Notes: generated by a model from the sequence alone, not told the origin. A stretch of DNA of 64,000 nt from an uncultured bacterium (GCA_964607485.1 CAZSKP010000003.1:1-64000), one strand, 5' to 3'; shown: positions 10,003 through 19,894, counted from the first letter of the stretch. Made by a program: numbers and translations.

Positions 10003-11010
10003 ATGGAACGGGACATAGCGATAGAGGTTTCCGGGATCGTAAAGAAATTCGGCTCGCTCGTCGCCGTCGATGACGTGAGCTTCGAAGTGGTCGCGGGCGA
10101 AATATTCGGGTTCCTCGGGCCGAATGGAGCCGGAAAAACGACGCTTATCAGGATGCTTACGACACTGCTGAAGCCGACGAAGGGGAGCGCGCGAGTGGCG
10201 TCTTACGACGTCGCCAAAGAACCGAGGAAGGTGAGACGCGAAATCGGAGTTGTCCCACAGGCGATGACGAGCGACCTCGACCTTACGGGCTTCGAAAACA
10301 TGGACATCTATGGCAGGTTCTACGGTATCTCGTCAAAGGACAGGAAAGAAAGAATCCCGTACATCCTCGATATGGTGGGCTTGGCAGGGAGAGCTAAAGA
10401 CCTTGTCGCGACGTATTCGGGCGGGATGAGAAGAAGGCTCGAAATTGCGCGCGTCCTCGTTCACAGGCCCAAGATACTCTTTCTTGACGAGCCGACCATC
10501 GGACTCGACCCTCAGTCCAGACGCGTCGTGTGGGAGTTTCTCAGGAAGCTTCAGGAAACGGACTCGATGACGGTGTTCCTCACAACCCATTACATGGAAG
10601 AGGCGGAGGCGCTGTGCACGAGGGTCGCCATCATAGACGCGGGCAAGATAATAGCGCTTGGAAGCCCGCTCGAACTGAAATCGCAGATACCGGGAAACGA
10701 CATAATTTCCCTGAGCTTCGAGAATCTCTCGGAGGATATCATTGAGAAGATAAAGGCCGTCGCCTTCGTGCATAAGATCAAGGTCGAGAACGGCGACCTG
10801 AGGGTGTACGTTGACAACGGCGCGGCGAATCTTCCCACGCTGATCGACGTCGTCAGGGCGAGCGGCGGAAAAGTCTTGTCGGCGACCGTTCATGAGCAAT
10901 CGCTCGAAGACGTCTTCATTCATCATACCGGCAAGTCCATCAGGGAAGAGGAAGCCAAGAAGGTGAGTTTCCTCCTCGGCGCCGGAGTGCCTCGGAAATG
11001 GGGAGGATGA
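10003..11010 (+). CDS. ABC transporter ATP-binding protein (DrrA-like)
   Basis: GPNGAGKTT, YSGGMRRRL, LDEPT. Confidence 0.97.
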   Translation: MERDIAIEVSGIVKKFGSLVAVDDVSFEVVAGEIFGFLGPNGAGKTTLIRMLTTLLKPTKGSARVASYDVAKEPRKVRREIGVVPQAMTSDLDLTGFENMDIYGRFYGISSKDRKERIPYILDMVGLAGRAKDLVATYSGGMRRRLEIARVLVHRPKILFLDEPTIGLDPQSRRVVWEFLRKLQETDSMTVFLTTHYMEEAEALCTRVAIIDAGKIIALGSPLELKSQIPGNDIISLSFENLSEDIIEKIKAVAFVHKIKVENGDLRVYVDNGAANLPTLIDVVRASGGKVLSATVHEQSLEDVFIHHTGKSIREEEAKKVSFLLGAGVPRKWGG

Positions 11011-11028
11011 GAAGGAGCAGAGCGCGAC

Positions 11029-12144
11029 ATGGTGAGATTGATGGCGGTCATAGAGCGGGACTTGAAGAAATTCCTGCGGAATCCGCTCGTCATCGCGATG
11101 AGCGTTCTGATGCCGCTGATTTATCTTGTAATCCTCGGCAATTCGTTCCAAGGGAAGCTGCACGGGCTCCCGCTCATCGTGGTCGATGAGGACCTCGGCC
11201 CGTATGCTCGACGGATTATCGAAAACCTGCGCGCCATCGAAGCCAACGCGCGAACCATCGTCATCATTAGAGGGGAAGACAGCGAACACGCGGTAGAGGG
11301 AGTCAGAAGCGGCGAGTACAAGGCCGGACTGATTATCCCTCCCGATTTCAGCAAGCGAATTGTCAATCAGACCCGGCCCGAAGTGGGCCTCTTCCTCGAC
11401 AACACCGACAGCATTTCCGCCGCAGCCATTCAGGGAGCCGTCACGGGAGCGCTCGCATCAATCAAAGTCGATTACGTGCCCATACGGGAACCCACGAACC
11501 AGGTGTACCTCAGAGGAGTGGACCTGTACCGACAGGTGGATTACATTCAATCGCTCGTGCCCGGCGTCGTCATCATGGCCATCTTCTTGGGAACATTGAC
11601 CACAGGAGCTTTCAATCTTGTGATGGACCGATTCATGGGCATCGAGGAGAGCTACTTCCTGACTCCTCTTTCCAAGTGGCACATTGTGGCGGGCCTGGTC
11701 ATCAGCGGACTGACCGTTACGACCATAATCGCGTTGTTGATATTCTCCTTGAGCATGGCCATCTCGGGTATCCCGCTGTCAAGCGTGATCGCGCAGGTCG
11801 CGTCGCTTGTGCTTGTGATAGTTCTCACAACCCTCTGCCTGCTGAGCCTGATGTTCATCATCATCGGCAGGGCGAACCATCCTCGAATCGTGGGAATCCT
11901 CAGCGGATTTCTCAACGTGATACTCTTCTTTCCGAGCGGGGCCGTCTATCCCATCGCAAGCTTTCCAAAATGGCTCAGGGCCTTTGCTCGAGTGAATCCG
12001 GAGGCGTATGCCGTCCATGCGATGAAGTCGATTCTGTTCAAGGGAGAGGGTCTTGGCAGCATTTCCGGAGACATATCCTTCCTGGTAATCTTCACGCTCG
12101 TCACGATGACTATCGCCATCGCATCGTTCAAGCGGACTCTTTAA
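11029..12144 (+). CDS. ABC-2 type permease
   Basis: TM pattern, SGAVYPIASFPKWL. Confidence 0.93.
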   Translation: MVRLMAVIERDLKKFLRNPLVIAMSVLMPLIYLVILGNSFQGKLHGLPLIVVDEDLGPYARRIIENLRAIEANARTIVIIRGEDSEHAVEGVRSGEYKAGLIIPPDFSKRIVNQTRPEVGLFLDNTDSISAAAIQGAVTGALASIKVDYVPIREPTNQVYLRGVDLYRQVDYIQSLVPGVVIMAIFLGTLTTGAFNLVMDRFMGIEESYFLTPLSKWHIVAGLVISGLTVTTIIALLIFSLSMAISGIPLSSVIAQVASLVLVIVLTTLCLLSLMFIIIGRANHPRIVGILSGFLNVILFFPSGAVYPIASFPKWLRAFARVNPEAYAVHAMKSILFKGEGLGSISGDISFLVIFTLVTMTIAIASFKRTL

Positions 12145-12183
12145 GAGGACGCGGCGCTGCCATACGCAAAGGGTTCTTCCATT

Positions 12184-12209
12184 GTCATTCCCGCGAAAGC
12201 GGGAATGAC
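12184..12209. repeat. REP palindrome GTCATTCCCGCGAAAGCGGGAATGAC
   Basis: 11 bp stem with GAAA loop; same family as 7911. Confidence 0.9.
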
Positions 12210-12281
12210 ATCTCGCACGTTTCTTATTTGCGTCGAGGTCGGCGACGCGGTCAAAGCGGACCAGGTGCTGATGGCGCTGGA

Positions 12282-12734
12282 TCAGCCGCCTTCTTCGATC
12301 TGCAACTGAAATCCGCTGAGCCGGGACAGTTGTTCGGCTTTCTTGTATGGTATAAGCAAGTAGGTAGCGGGATACTTCTCGAATCGCAGCCTCACCAGTT
12401 TGAACCATCGTGTGTTTTCTCTTGTTGCCGCAATCTCGCCGAATGGAATGAAAAGAGGAGGATGCCCGGGGCGGAATAAGAAGAAAACTGAGAGATAGAC
12501 TCCAAGCGAGTTCACTCCTATGGTGATGAGCCCGTTGTAGTTCACACCCCAGCGCATTGACGCGGCCCAGGGATGTATCAACTCACCCGAGGGAGGCTGG
12601 CTTGCCAGATAGAAGCGGGCCAACCGCCTCCATCCGCTCATGTATGCAATCAAATGCGAAAACGCAATCCATCCCGCTATGCAGAGCAGAATGATCGCTG
12701 CAGGTACGAACCAATCTCGCAAACTCGAAACCAT
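12282..12734 (-). CDS. hypothetical membrane protein
   Basis: 150 aa, N-terminal TM, HPPLFIPF motif; visibly more AT-rich. Confidence 0.75.
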   Translation of the reverse strand: MVSSLRDWFVPAAIILLCIAGWIAFSHLIAYMSGWRRLARFYLASQPPSGELIHPWAASMRWGVNYNGLITIGVNSLGVYLSVFFLFRPGHPPLFIPFGEIAATRENTRWFKLVRLRFEKYPATYLLIPYKKAEQLSRLSGFQLQIEEGG

Positions 12735-12735
12735 C

Positions 12736-12769
12736 TAGGCAACTGACCCTTATAGGCAACTGACCCTTA
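12736..12769. repeat. 17 bp tandem repeat TAGGCAACTGACCCTTA x2
   Basis: Two exact copies. Confidence 0.9.
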
Positions 12770-12826
12770 ATTGTTACCAACCTGTGTCAAACAAGTCGTA
12801 TTTGGGCAAGCGCAGGAGCCTGCCCC

Positions 12827-13555
12827 TCACCCGTTTCTCTGCGGGTCGGGTTTTTCCTTTGGCTCCCAAGTGCTGGCGATTCTGCCGATGACGACAGCGC
12901 TGAGGCCCCACGCAAGCGGAAGAGATATCGGCATTCCGACAAACCTGAAAAAGGGATAGTGATACTGCCAGAAGCCGAGCCGCATGCAGATATACTCTCC
13001 CAACGTGCCGCACGCCGCGCCGATGAGAAAGATGAGTATGTCTCTTTCTCCTCGCCAGAACACGACGGCGGGGACCATGAGCGTCGTGTAGGCCGCCGCG
13101 ATGATTCGCCTGATGACGGCGACTGTGACGAGATAATAGACCACTATCATCCCGCCGAGCACCCCGAAGAAGATTTTTCTGGGAAACATCTGCCGGCTCG
13201 GCCATAGGAGCAGCGCCACTGCATGAATGCTGAGCGACACCCTGCGGAAGAAGCAGAACAGGAAGGCCCATACCAGCGGTATCCACGCCGGAATGTCGAA
13301 GATAAGTCCCGGCGCGTGGTAGGTCCACACGCCCAGCTTCACGCAGAGTATCTCGGCGGGAGTGCCGAGAAGAGCGGCGGCGGCCATCGTCGCCGCATCG
13401 GCTTTTTCCCTCCAGAACCAGAGCTGCATGCCGAGCCCTCCGGCAAGCAGCAGGCTCAACCAGCCGGGCCTGCGCCAGAAGAACACGACGACGGCGACGA
13501 CATATATGCCGGCGCCAACCTCGAAGATGAAATCGGTCCAAAGCTTTCCGCGCAT
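12827..13555 (-). CDS. multi-pass membrane protein (DUF2878-like, internally duplicated)
   Basis: Two GTxxExxCxxLGxWxY units. Confidence 0.8.
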   Translation of the reverse strand: MRGKLWTDFIFEVGAGIYVVAVVVFFWRRPGWLSLLLAGGLGMQLWFWREKADAATMAAAALLGTPAEILCVKLGVWTYHAPGLIFDIPAWIPLVWAFLFCFFRRVSLSIHAVALLLWPSRQMFPRKIFFGVLGGMIVVYYLVTVAVIRRIIAAAYTTLMVPAVVFWRGERDILIFLIGAACGTLGEYICMRLGFWQYHYPFFRFVGMPISLPLAWGLSAVVIGRIASTWEPKEKPDPQRNG

Positions 13556-13718
13556 CTGCCTCCGCGAGGAATTGGGTCGGGCGTTGTTTCAGCGCACTCT
13601 CGTCTCTCGAATAATCTAAGGTACTATCATCGTTCAACCAAGTCAAGCAAGCAGGGCCTTTGGCCCGGGGGAAAAGGGGAAACGGCAAAAGGGGATGTTC
13701 GCTCTGTCGGGAATTTTC

Positions 13719-14192
13719 TTATGAAGTCTTTGTCAGCAGGCCGTCTTTGTGGAACTGGAGCGATTCGCGCGAGTAATCGACGACCGAGACGATGCCCGAA
13801 TCCATCCGGATCGCGTCCACGGGGCAGGCTTCGACGCAGAAGCCGCAGAAGACGCAGCGGGTCATGTCGATGTCGAACGAGACGGGATACTTCATTATTG
13901 CCGGGTCGGGATGCTCGCCGGGGATGATGGATATGCATCTGGCCGGGCACACCGTTGCGCAGCACATGCAGGCGACACAGCGGGGAGAGTCGTCGTCGCG
14001 CCTCATCAGGCGGTGCCGTCCGCGCCAGCGCGGATGTATGAACCTCTTTTGATCCGGATACCGGATGGTCACCGGATTCTTGAACGGGCTGGCTATGTTC
14101 CTGAAGAAGTGGCGCGAGGTTATGGCGATCCCCCGGAAGATTTCGGGGAAATACAGCCGCTCCCAGAAGTTCAGCTTCGTCTTGATTGCCAT
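13719..14192 (-). CDS. nuoI: NADH-quinone oxidoreductase subunit I
   Basis: Two CxxCxxCxxxCP motifs. Confidence 0.93.
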   Translation of the reverse strand: MAIKTKLNFWERLYFPEIFRGIAITSRHFFRNIASPFKNPVTIRYPDQKRFIHPRWRGRHRLMRRDDDSPRCVACMCCATVCPARCISIIPGEHPDPAIMKYPVSFDIDMTRCVFCGFCVEACPVDAIRMDSGIVSVVDYSRESLQFHKDGLLTKTS

Positions 14193-14212
14193 GAGAAAAT
14201 CTCCACGCGCTC

Positions 14213-15277
14213 CTATTGAAGCATCAGGATGACGGCGCCCGTCACGAAAATGTTCGCGAGCGAAATCGGCAGCAGCATTTTCCATCCGAGCCGCATCAGT
14301 TGGTCATACCTGAACCGGGGCAGCGTCCAGCGCACGGTAAGTTGCAGCCAGCACAGCGCCACCACCTTCACCGAGAACACGCCCATCTGAATGAGCGCGA
14401 CCAGCCATCCGGGGAAGACGCTCAACAGCGCGGCCGTCGAGACCCACGGTATCTGCCATCCTCCGAGGAAGAGCGAAGTGATGACGCCCGCGATGACGAC
14501 AATCTCGGCGAACTCGCCCATGAAGAACATGCCCCACTTCATTCCGCTGTATTCGAGAAAGTAGCCCGCGACGATTTCTGATTCGCCCTCGGGCAGGTCG
14601 AACGGCGTGCGCTTCGTCTCGGCCATGCAGGCCGTCATGAAAAGCAGGAACCCGACCGGCTGTGTGACTATCCCCCATTTCGGAATGAACCCCCACATGA
14701 GAGCTCCCTGCGCGCGCACTATCTCGTCGAGCCTGAGCGACTGGTACACCATCAGCACGCCTATGATGGTCAGGCCGAGCGTGACCTCGTAAGAAATCAT
14801 CTGCGCCGCCGAACGCAGCGCGCCGAGCAGCGACCACTTGTTGTTCGACGCCCATCCTCCCAGAAACACGCCGAAGATAGCGACCGACATTACGGCCACC
14901 ACGAAAAGCAGACCTATGTTCACGTCCGAGACGACCAGGTTCACCTCGTATCCGAAAATCGGAAGCCTGTCGCCGAACGGAATCACGGCGAACGCAACGA
15001 ACGCGGGAACCAGCGCGATGAACGGCGCGATGGTGTGCACAATGCGGTCGGCTCCGGCGGGGACGAAGTCCTCTTTCATCATCATTTTGATCCCGTCAGC
15101 AACGGGATGCAGCAGCCCGATCAGCCGGAACCCGAACAGGCTCGCGCGGTTCGGCCCGAGCCGGTCCTGAATGAAGGCGCTCTGCCTCCGCTCGGCCCAC
15201 GTCAGCAGGCCCGCAAGGTTCAGCACGAAGAGGGTCGCCACTGCGATCTTGATTGTCAGTATCACGACTGCCGACAT
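14213..15277 (-). CDS. nuoH: NADH-quinone oxidoreductase subunit H
   Basis: QDRLGPNR, PFDLPEGESE, PRFRYDQLM. Confidence 0.96.
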   Translation of the reverse strand: MSAVVILTIKIAVATLFVLNLAGLLTWAERRQSAFIQDRLGPNRASLFGFRLIGLLHPVADGIKMMMKEDFVPAGADRIVHTIAPFIALVPAFVAFAVIPFGDRLPIFGYEVNLVVSDVNIGLLFVVAVMSVAIFGVFLGGWASNNKWSLLGALRSAAQMISYEVTLGLTIIGVLMVYQSLRLDEIVRAQGALMWGFIPKWGIVTQPVGFLLFMTACMAETKRTPFDLPEGESEIVAGYFLEYSGMKWGMFFMGEFAEIVVIAGVITSLFLGGWQIPWVSTAALLSVFPGWLVALIQMGVFSVKVVALCWLQLTVRWTLPRFRYDQLMRLGWKMLLPISLANIFVTGAVILMLQ

Positions 15278-15278
15278 G

Positions 15279-16469
15279 TCACCTATCCATCTCGCCGCCG
15301 ATCATGTTCACCATTCCGAACGTGGGTATTATGTCCGCCAGCATCGCACCCTCGAGCATTTTGGGAAGCGACTGTACTATGGGGAAGCACGGACCGCGGC
15401 AGCGGCATTTCCACGGCTTGTCCGATCCGTCTGACACGATGTAGAAGCCGAGCTCGCCGTTGCCGCCCTCGACGGCGACATACACCTCGCCCTTGGGCGG
15501 GCGGATTCCCTTGATGACAATGTTGAAATGGTGCACGAGCGCTTCTATCGACGTGTACACCTTTTCCTTGGGCGGAAGCGTAACCTTCGGGTCATCGACC
15601 GCGATGGGGCCTTCGGGAATCTGGTCGAACACCTGCTCGATTATCCTGATGCTCTGGTACATCTCCAGCACGCGCACCATGAACTTGTCGTAGTTGTCGC
15701 CGTACTTGCCCAGCGGAACCTCGAAGTCGAGCCTGTCGTACACCAGGTAGGGTATCGCCTTGCGGACATCGTAAAACACGCCCGCCGCGCGCAGACAAGG
15801 CCCCGTGACTCCGTATGCCACGGCGTCGTCGGCCTCGAGCACGCCCGTGCCGCGCATGCGGTCGTAGAATATCCTGTTCTTTTCCAGAAGGCCGCGTATG
15901 TCCTCTATCAACCGTTTGACCTTCTCCAACTCCTGCCGCGCCTTCTTCTCGAATCCCTCAGGCATGTCGTACGCGACGCCGCCAATGCGCGTCCACGTGG
16001 TCGTCAGGCGCGCCCCGCACAGCGCTTCCACCAGCTCCCACATCCATTCGCGCGCCTCGATAGAATACAGAAGCACCGAGAACGCGGCCAGCTCCATCCC
16101 GCTCGCGCCCAGGCACGTGAGGTGATCGGTGATGCGGGAGATTTCGCAGGCCAACACCCGCAGATACTTGCACCGCTCGGGCACGTCTATCCCCAAGAGC
16201 TTCTCTACGGCGAGCGCATAGCCGACGTTGTTGATGAACGGCGACACGTAATTCAGCCGGTCGGTGAAGGGGATGACCTGATGGTAGGTGCTGTTCTCGC
16301 ACATCTTCTCGAAGCCGCGGTGGAGGTACCCCACGTCCGGAACAGCGCTGTGGATGTCCTCGCCGTCAACGTCGAGAAGCAGCTTCACGGTGCCGTGCAT
16401 GGCGGGATGCGACGGGCCCATCTGGAGCGTCATGCATTGAGTATGAAGTACTTTGGTCAGGTCCCTCAT
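15279..16469 (-). CDS. nuoD: NADH-quinone oxidoreductase subunit D
   Basis: MGPSHPAMHG, GYLHRGFEK, GEMDR end; no NiFe CxxC motifs. Confidence 0.96.
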   Translation of the reverse strand: MRDLTKVLHTQCMTLQMGPSHPAMHGTVKLLLDVDGEDIHSAVPDVGYLHRGFEKMCENSTYHQVIPFTDRLNYVSPFINNVGYALAVEKLLGIDVPERCKYLRVLACEISRITDHLTCLGASGMELAAFSVLLYSIEAREWMWELVEALCGARLTTTWTRIGGVAYDMPEGFEKKARQELEKVKRLIEDIRGLLEKNRIFYDRMRGTGVLEADDAVAYGVTGPCLRAAGVFYDVRKAIPYLVYDRLDFEVPLGKYGDNYDKFMVRVLEMYQSIRIIEQVFDQIPEGPIAVDDPKVTLPPKEKVYTSIEALVHHFNIVIKGIRPPKGEVYVAVEGGNGELGFYIVSDGSDKPWKCRCRGPCFPIVQSLPKMLEGAMLADIIPTFGMVNMIGGEMDR

Positions 16470-16502
16470 GTTTCGCTCACACGGCGCGCCGCTCCCTAGG
16501 GG

Positions 16503-17006
16503 CTAGCGCACGCCCTTGGTCTCCTCGCGCTCCTCGAACAGAGGCTGCTCCTTGTCTATCGGATAATCCTTCCGGAGAGGATGGCCGACAAACTCCGGAT
16601 ACAGGAGTATCCGGCGCAGGTCGGGATGATTGTCAAACTTGACGCCGTAAAGGTCGTACACCTCGCGCTCGTACCAGTTCGCGCCGACCCATACCGGGGT
16701 GACCGTGTCGATCGTCGCGTCCTGTTCCTCCAGCCGCACCTTCAGCCTGAGCGCATGGCCGTGATATATCGAATAGAGGTGATAGACGATTTCAAACCTC
16801 GGCTTCTCGTGAATGTAGTCCACGCACGTGAGGTCGCGCATTATGTCATAATCGAGCTCGTCGTCCTGCCTGAGGAACATGCACACTTCCAATATGTCCT
16901 CGCGCCTGACTTTCACCGTCGTCATGTCGAGCGAAGCAGGGACGACCTCGATGCCGTCTCCGAACGTCTCGCGCAGTTTCTTTATGGTTACGCTCTCTTC
17001 AGCCAT
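16503..17006 (-). CDS. nuoC: NADH-quinone oxidoreductase subunit C
   Basis: ANWYEREVYDLYG, HPLRKDYP. Confidence 0.96.
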   Translation of the reverse strand: MAEESVTIKKLRETFGDGIEVVPASLDMTTVKVRREDILEVCMFLRQDDELDYDIMRDLTCVDYIHEKPRFEIVYHLYSIYHGHALRLKVRLEEQDATIDTVTPVWVGANWYEREVYDLYGVKFDNHPDLRRILLYPEFVGHPLRKDYPIDKEQPLFEEREETKGVR

Positions 17007-17027
17007 CTAAACCTCTCAGCGACGAAG

Positions 17028-17510
17028 TCAGTTCCTGCGCTGGAGCACCGACTCGGTGTCCACCTTGGCCTGCATCTTCATGAGGCCGTCCAGAATGGCC
17101 TCCGGCCTGGGCGGACAGCCGGTCACATACACGTCCACCGGAACGATTCGGTCAACGCCCTGCACGACCGAATAGTTGCGGTAGAACCCGCCCGAGCACG
17201 CGCACGCGCCCACCGCCATGACCCACTTCGGCTCGCACATCTGTTCATACACCAGCTTCAAGACGGGCGCAACCTTGTGGCAGATGGTGCCCACGACGAG
17301 CATGAGGTCGGCCTGACGGGGCGAGAAACGGGGAAACTCCGCGCCGAACCGGGCGATGTCGTAATGCGAGGCGGCCACCGACATGTACTCCATCCCGCAG
17401 CACGCCGTCACGAACGGATAACAAAAAAAGGACCATCTGCGGCCCCAGTTCACTATCTTGTCAAGGCGAGTGGTGATTATTCCTTCGCCGAACACCGTCT
17501 CTATTCCCAT
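17028..17510 (-). CDS. nuoB: NADH-quinone oxidoreductase subunit B
   Basis: TACCGME, SPRQAD, GCPPRPE. Confidence 0.96.
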   Translation of the reverse strand: MGIETVFGEGIITTRLDKIVNWGRRWSFFCYPFVTACCGMEYMSVAASHYDIARFGAEFPRFSPRQADLMLVVGTICHKVAPVLKLVYEQMCEPKWVMAVGACACSGGFYRNYSVVQGVDRIVPVDVYVTGCPPRPEAILDGLMKMQAKVDTESVLQRRN

Positions 17511-17854
17511 TCGAGCGCTCCTTTTCTCCACACATATGCAAGCCCGCCGACCAATATGACGATGAAAATCATCATCTCGATCAGGCCGAACATGCCGAGC
17601 TCCTTAAAGATTATCGCCCACGCGTACAGGAATACCGCCTCCACGTCGAACAGGATGAACAGTATCGCGACGACGTAGTACTTAATCGACACGGGAATGC
17701 GGGGCGTGCCCAGGGGCGGATTGCCGCAGTCGAACGGGTCGAGCTTTTCCTTCGACAGCCGCTTCGGGCCGAGCAGCATCGAGACCGCCAGGAATCCCAG
17801 GCCTATCACGAACGCGACGATGAACATCGCAAATATGGGAACATACACACTCAT
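17501..17854 (-). CDS. nuoA: NADH-quinone oxidoreductase subunit A
   Basis: FILFDVE, KGALEWE. Confidence 0.96.
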   Translation of the reverse strand: MSVYVPIFAMFIVAFVIGLGFLAVSMLLGPKRLSKEKLDPFDCGNPPLGTPRIPVSIKYYVVAILFILFDVEAVFLYAWAIIFKELGMFGLIEMMIFIVILVGGLAYVWRKGALEWE

Positions 17855-17928
17855 AGAGGCCTGTTTTTTTCTCCCTGTCCGGATTTAGGCTATTGCATCA
17901 CTTTGGGGTGAAAGGTAAATGCGGTGGA

Positions 17929-17957
17929 ATGATAGCAAAAATGAGCACTCCTGTCAA
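17929..17957 (-). promoter_or_regulatory. sigma70 promoter of the nuo operon
   Basis: TTGACA-17-TATCAT. Confidence 0.75.
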
Positions 17958-17999
17958 GAAAAATCTCGTTCGCGCACGGCTTTGCCGCGAGCTCCAACC

Positions 18000-19025
18000 T
18001 TATTTCGCCTCTCCTCCTCTCGTTTCTTCGCCGGCCCGGGCCGGCTTGCCCATCACCTCGATGAACTTCTCGACGAGTTTCGGGTCGAGTTGGCCTGAGG
18101 TCGCGCTCTTCCTCATTTCGCTGAGCGCCTCCTTCGTTCCGACCGCTTTGCGATACGGGCGGTCGGTCGTGAGCGCGTCGAACGTGTCGGCGACGGCTAT
18201 GATGCGGGCTGCGATGGGAATGTCCTCTCGCGCCAGTCTGCCGGGATAGCCAGCCCCGTCGAAGCGTTCGTGGTGGCTGCGGATGGGGTCGAGCGCGTCG
18301 GAGAGAAACGAGAGCGACTTGATGATCTCGATTCCTATCGAGGGGTGACTGTGAACTTTTTCGAGTTCCTCACGGGTGAGCTTTTCCGGCGAGCGAATGA
18401 TGGCGTCGTCCACCCCTATCTTGCCCACGTCGTGCAGCATGGCGGCGCGATGGAGAACCTGCAGCTCGTCGTCGCCGAGGTCCAGCGCCTCGGCGAGCCT
18501 GCGCGAGTATTCAGCCACGCGCTCCGAATGGCCGCGCGTGTACGGGTCCTTCGCCTCGACGGTTCGCGCCAGCGCGATGATGACGTTCTCCGCGTTTTCG
18601 AGGTCGTCGGTGAGCTGCTTTATGCGGAAATGGTTCCTGACGCGCATGAGCAGCTCCTTCTCGTTTATGGGCTTGTTGATGTAGTCGTCGGCCCCGAGCG
18701 CGAGCGCCTTCATCTTGGCGTCGAAGTCCTCCAGCCCCGTGACCATGATGACGGGCAGGAGCGCGGTGCGTCGGTCCTCCTTGATTCTCCGGCAGACCTC
18801 GTAGCCGTCCACCACTGGCATGAGCAGGTCGAGAAGCACGAGATCGGGCGAACATTCGGCCAGCATATCGAGGGCCTCTTTGCCGTTCGCCGCCTCGGTC
18901 GTATCATAGCCTGCGTTGGCCAGGTATGTCTTGAGCAGCTCACGCGTGAGCCTGTGGTCGTCCACGACGAGGATGAGGCCCCTCTGTCGTTTTCCATTCT
19001 TACGAGTGTCCGCGTGGGAAGCCAT
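18000..19025 (-). CDS. response regulator with HD-GYP c-di-GMP phosphodiesterase domain
   Basis: REC (LLDLLMP), LHDVGKIG, HHERFDGAGYP; start may be 19073. Confidence 0.93.
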   Translation of the reverse strand: MASHADTRKNGKRQRGLILVVDDHRLTRELLKTYLANAGYDTTEAANGKEALDMLAECSPDLVLLDLLMPVVDGYEVCRRIKEDRRTALLPVIMVTGLEDFDAKMKALALGADDYINKPINEKELLMRVRNHFRIKQLTDDLENAENVIIALARTVEAKDPYTRGHSERVAEYSRRLAEALDLGDDELQVLHRAAMLHDVGKIGVDDAIIRSPEKLTREELEKVHSHPSIGIEIIKSLSFLSDALDPIRSHHERFDGAGYPGRLAREDIPIAARIIAVADTFDALTTDRPYRKAVGTKEALSEMRKSATSGQLDPKLVEKFIEVMGKPARAGEETRGGEAK

Positions 19026-19059
19026 TTTCAATCTGCGGCAAGGCGGCGCGTCGAAGCCG

Positions 19060-19407
19060 TCATTCGTCGCCACTCTCCTCCTTATGGGCGGATATCAATT
19101 CCCTGGCTCGTTCCGCGTCCTCTTTCAAGACCGTTATTCTCACCGCGCCCAACCCGTCGATATTAAGCGGAACGACGGTGTGAGGAATGTCGGAACTAAG
19201 CGAGCACATGATTCCCTCGCTCTCGAGGAGCCCCTTTATGACAAGGGCCTCTTTGTCGCCTTCGGCCTTATAGACCTCGACCAGCGCGGCGTTTGGCTCG
19301 GCGTCCGGATTCTCCGGTGGCACGCTTTCGACAAGCGGGACATCGCAGTCGGTGCATTTCTCGATTCCCTGTTCGTATTCGCTTCTGCAAATCGGACAAT
19401 AAGGCAC
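19060..19407 (-). CDS. DUF2007-like putative signal-transducing protein with Zn-ribbon
   Basis: CPIC/CTDC, IKGLLESEGI, DAERARELI. Confidence 0.8.
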   Translation of the reverse strand: MPYCPICRSEYEQGIEKCTDCDVPLVESVPPENPDAEPNAALVEVYKAEGDKEALVIKGLLESEGIMCSLSSDIPHTVVPLNIDGLGAVRITVLKEDAERARELISAHKEESGDE

Positions 19408-19411
19408 TCCT

Positions 19412-19894
19412 CTACCCCTTTCCGCAAAGCATCTCGTACGCTTTCCTGATCTCGATTACCTTGTTGTGCGCCATCTCCTGAAATTCTTTTCCCAGATGGG
19501 TGACTTTATCGGGATGATACTTGGCCAGCATCTCCCTGTACGCGTGCTTGATCTCATCCGACGAAGCTCCGCGGCGGACGTTGAGCACCTCGAAGGGGTT
19601 GAATTCCGCTGTGGCGTTGTGGGCGCTTTCGTTGCGCGCGCTCTGCCCGCCGGATTCGCTCCGGGCCTGCGCTCCGGGCTGCGGCCGGGGGTTGAACCAA
19701 TAGATTCTGTGGCGGTTCCTGGGCAGCCACGTTGTGAAAAACCATATCAAGGCTATGATGACCGCTATGTCGTCCAGCCATCCGATTCCTATGATGGTGT
19801 CCGGCACGAAGTCCAGCATGCTGACAACGTATGCGATACCCAGCGCCAGGATTGTGGGCAGCCACAGAACGTGTATCGGGGAATCATCTTTCAT
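19412..19894 (-). CDS. DUF1232 plus C-terminal DnaJ-domain protein
   Basis: DFVPDTIIGIGWLDD; YHPD J-domain motif. Confidence 0.85.
   Translation of the reverse strand: MKDDSPIHVLWLPTILALGIAYVVSMLDFVPDTIIGIGWLDDIAVIIALIWFFTTWLPRNRHRIYWFNPRPQPGAQARSESGGQSARNESAHNATAEFNPFEVLNVRRGASSDEIKHAYREMLAKYHPDKVTHLGKEFQEMAHNKVIEIRKAYEMLCGKG

Noticed and set aside
15279-16469. group 4 NiFe hydrogenase large subunit
   Set aside because: Both CxxC metal-binding motifs are absent; matches NuoD
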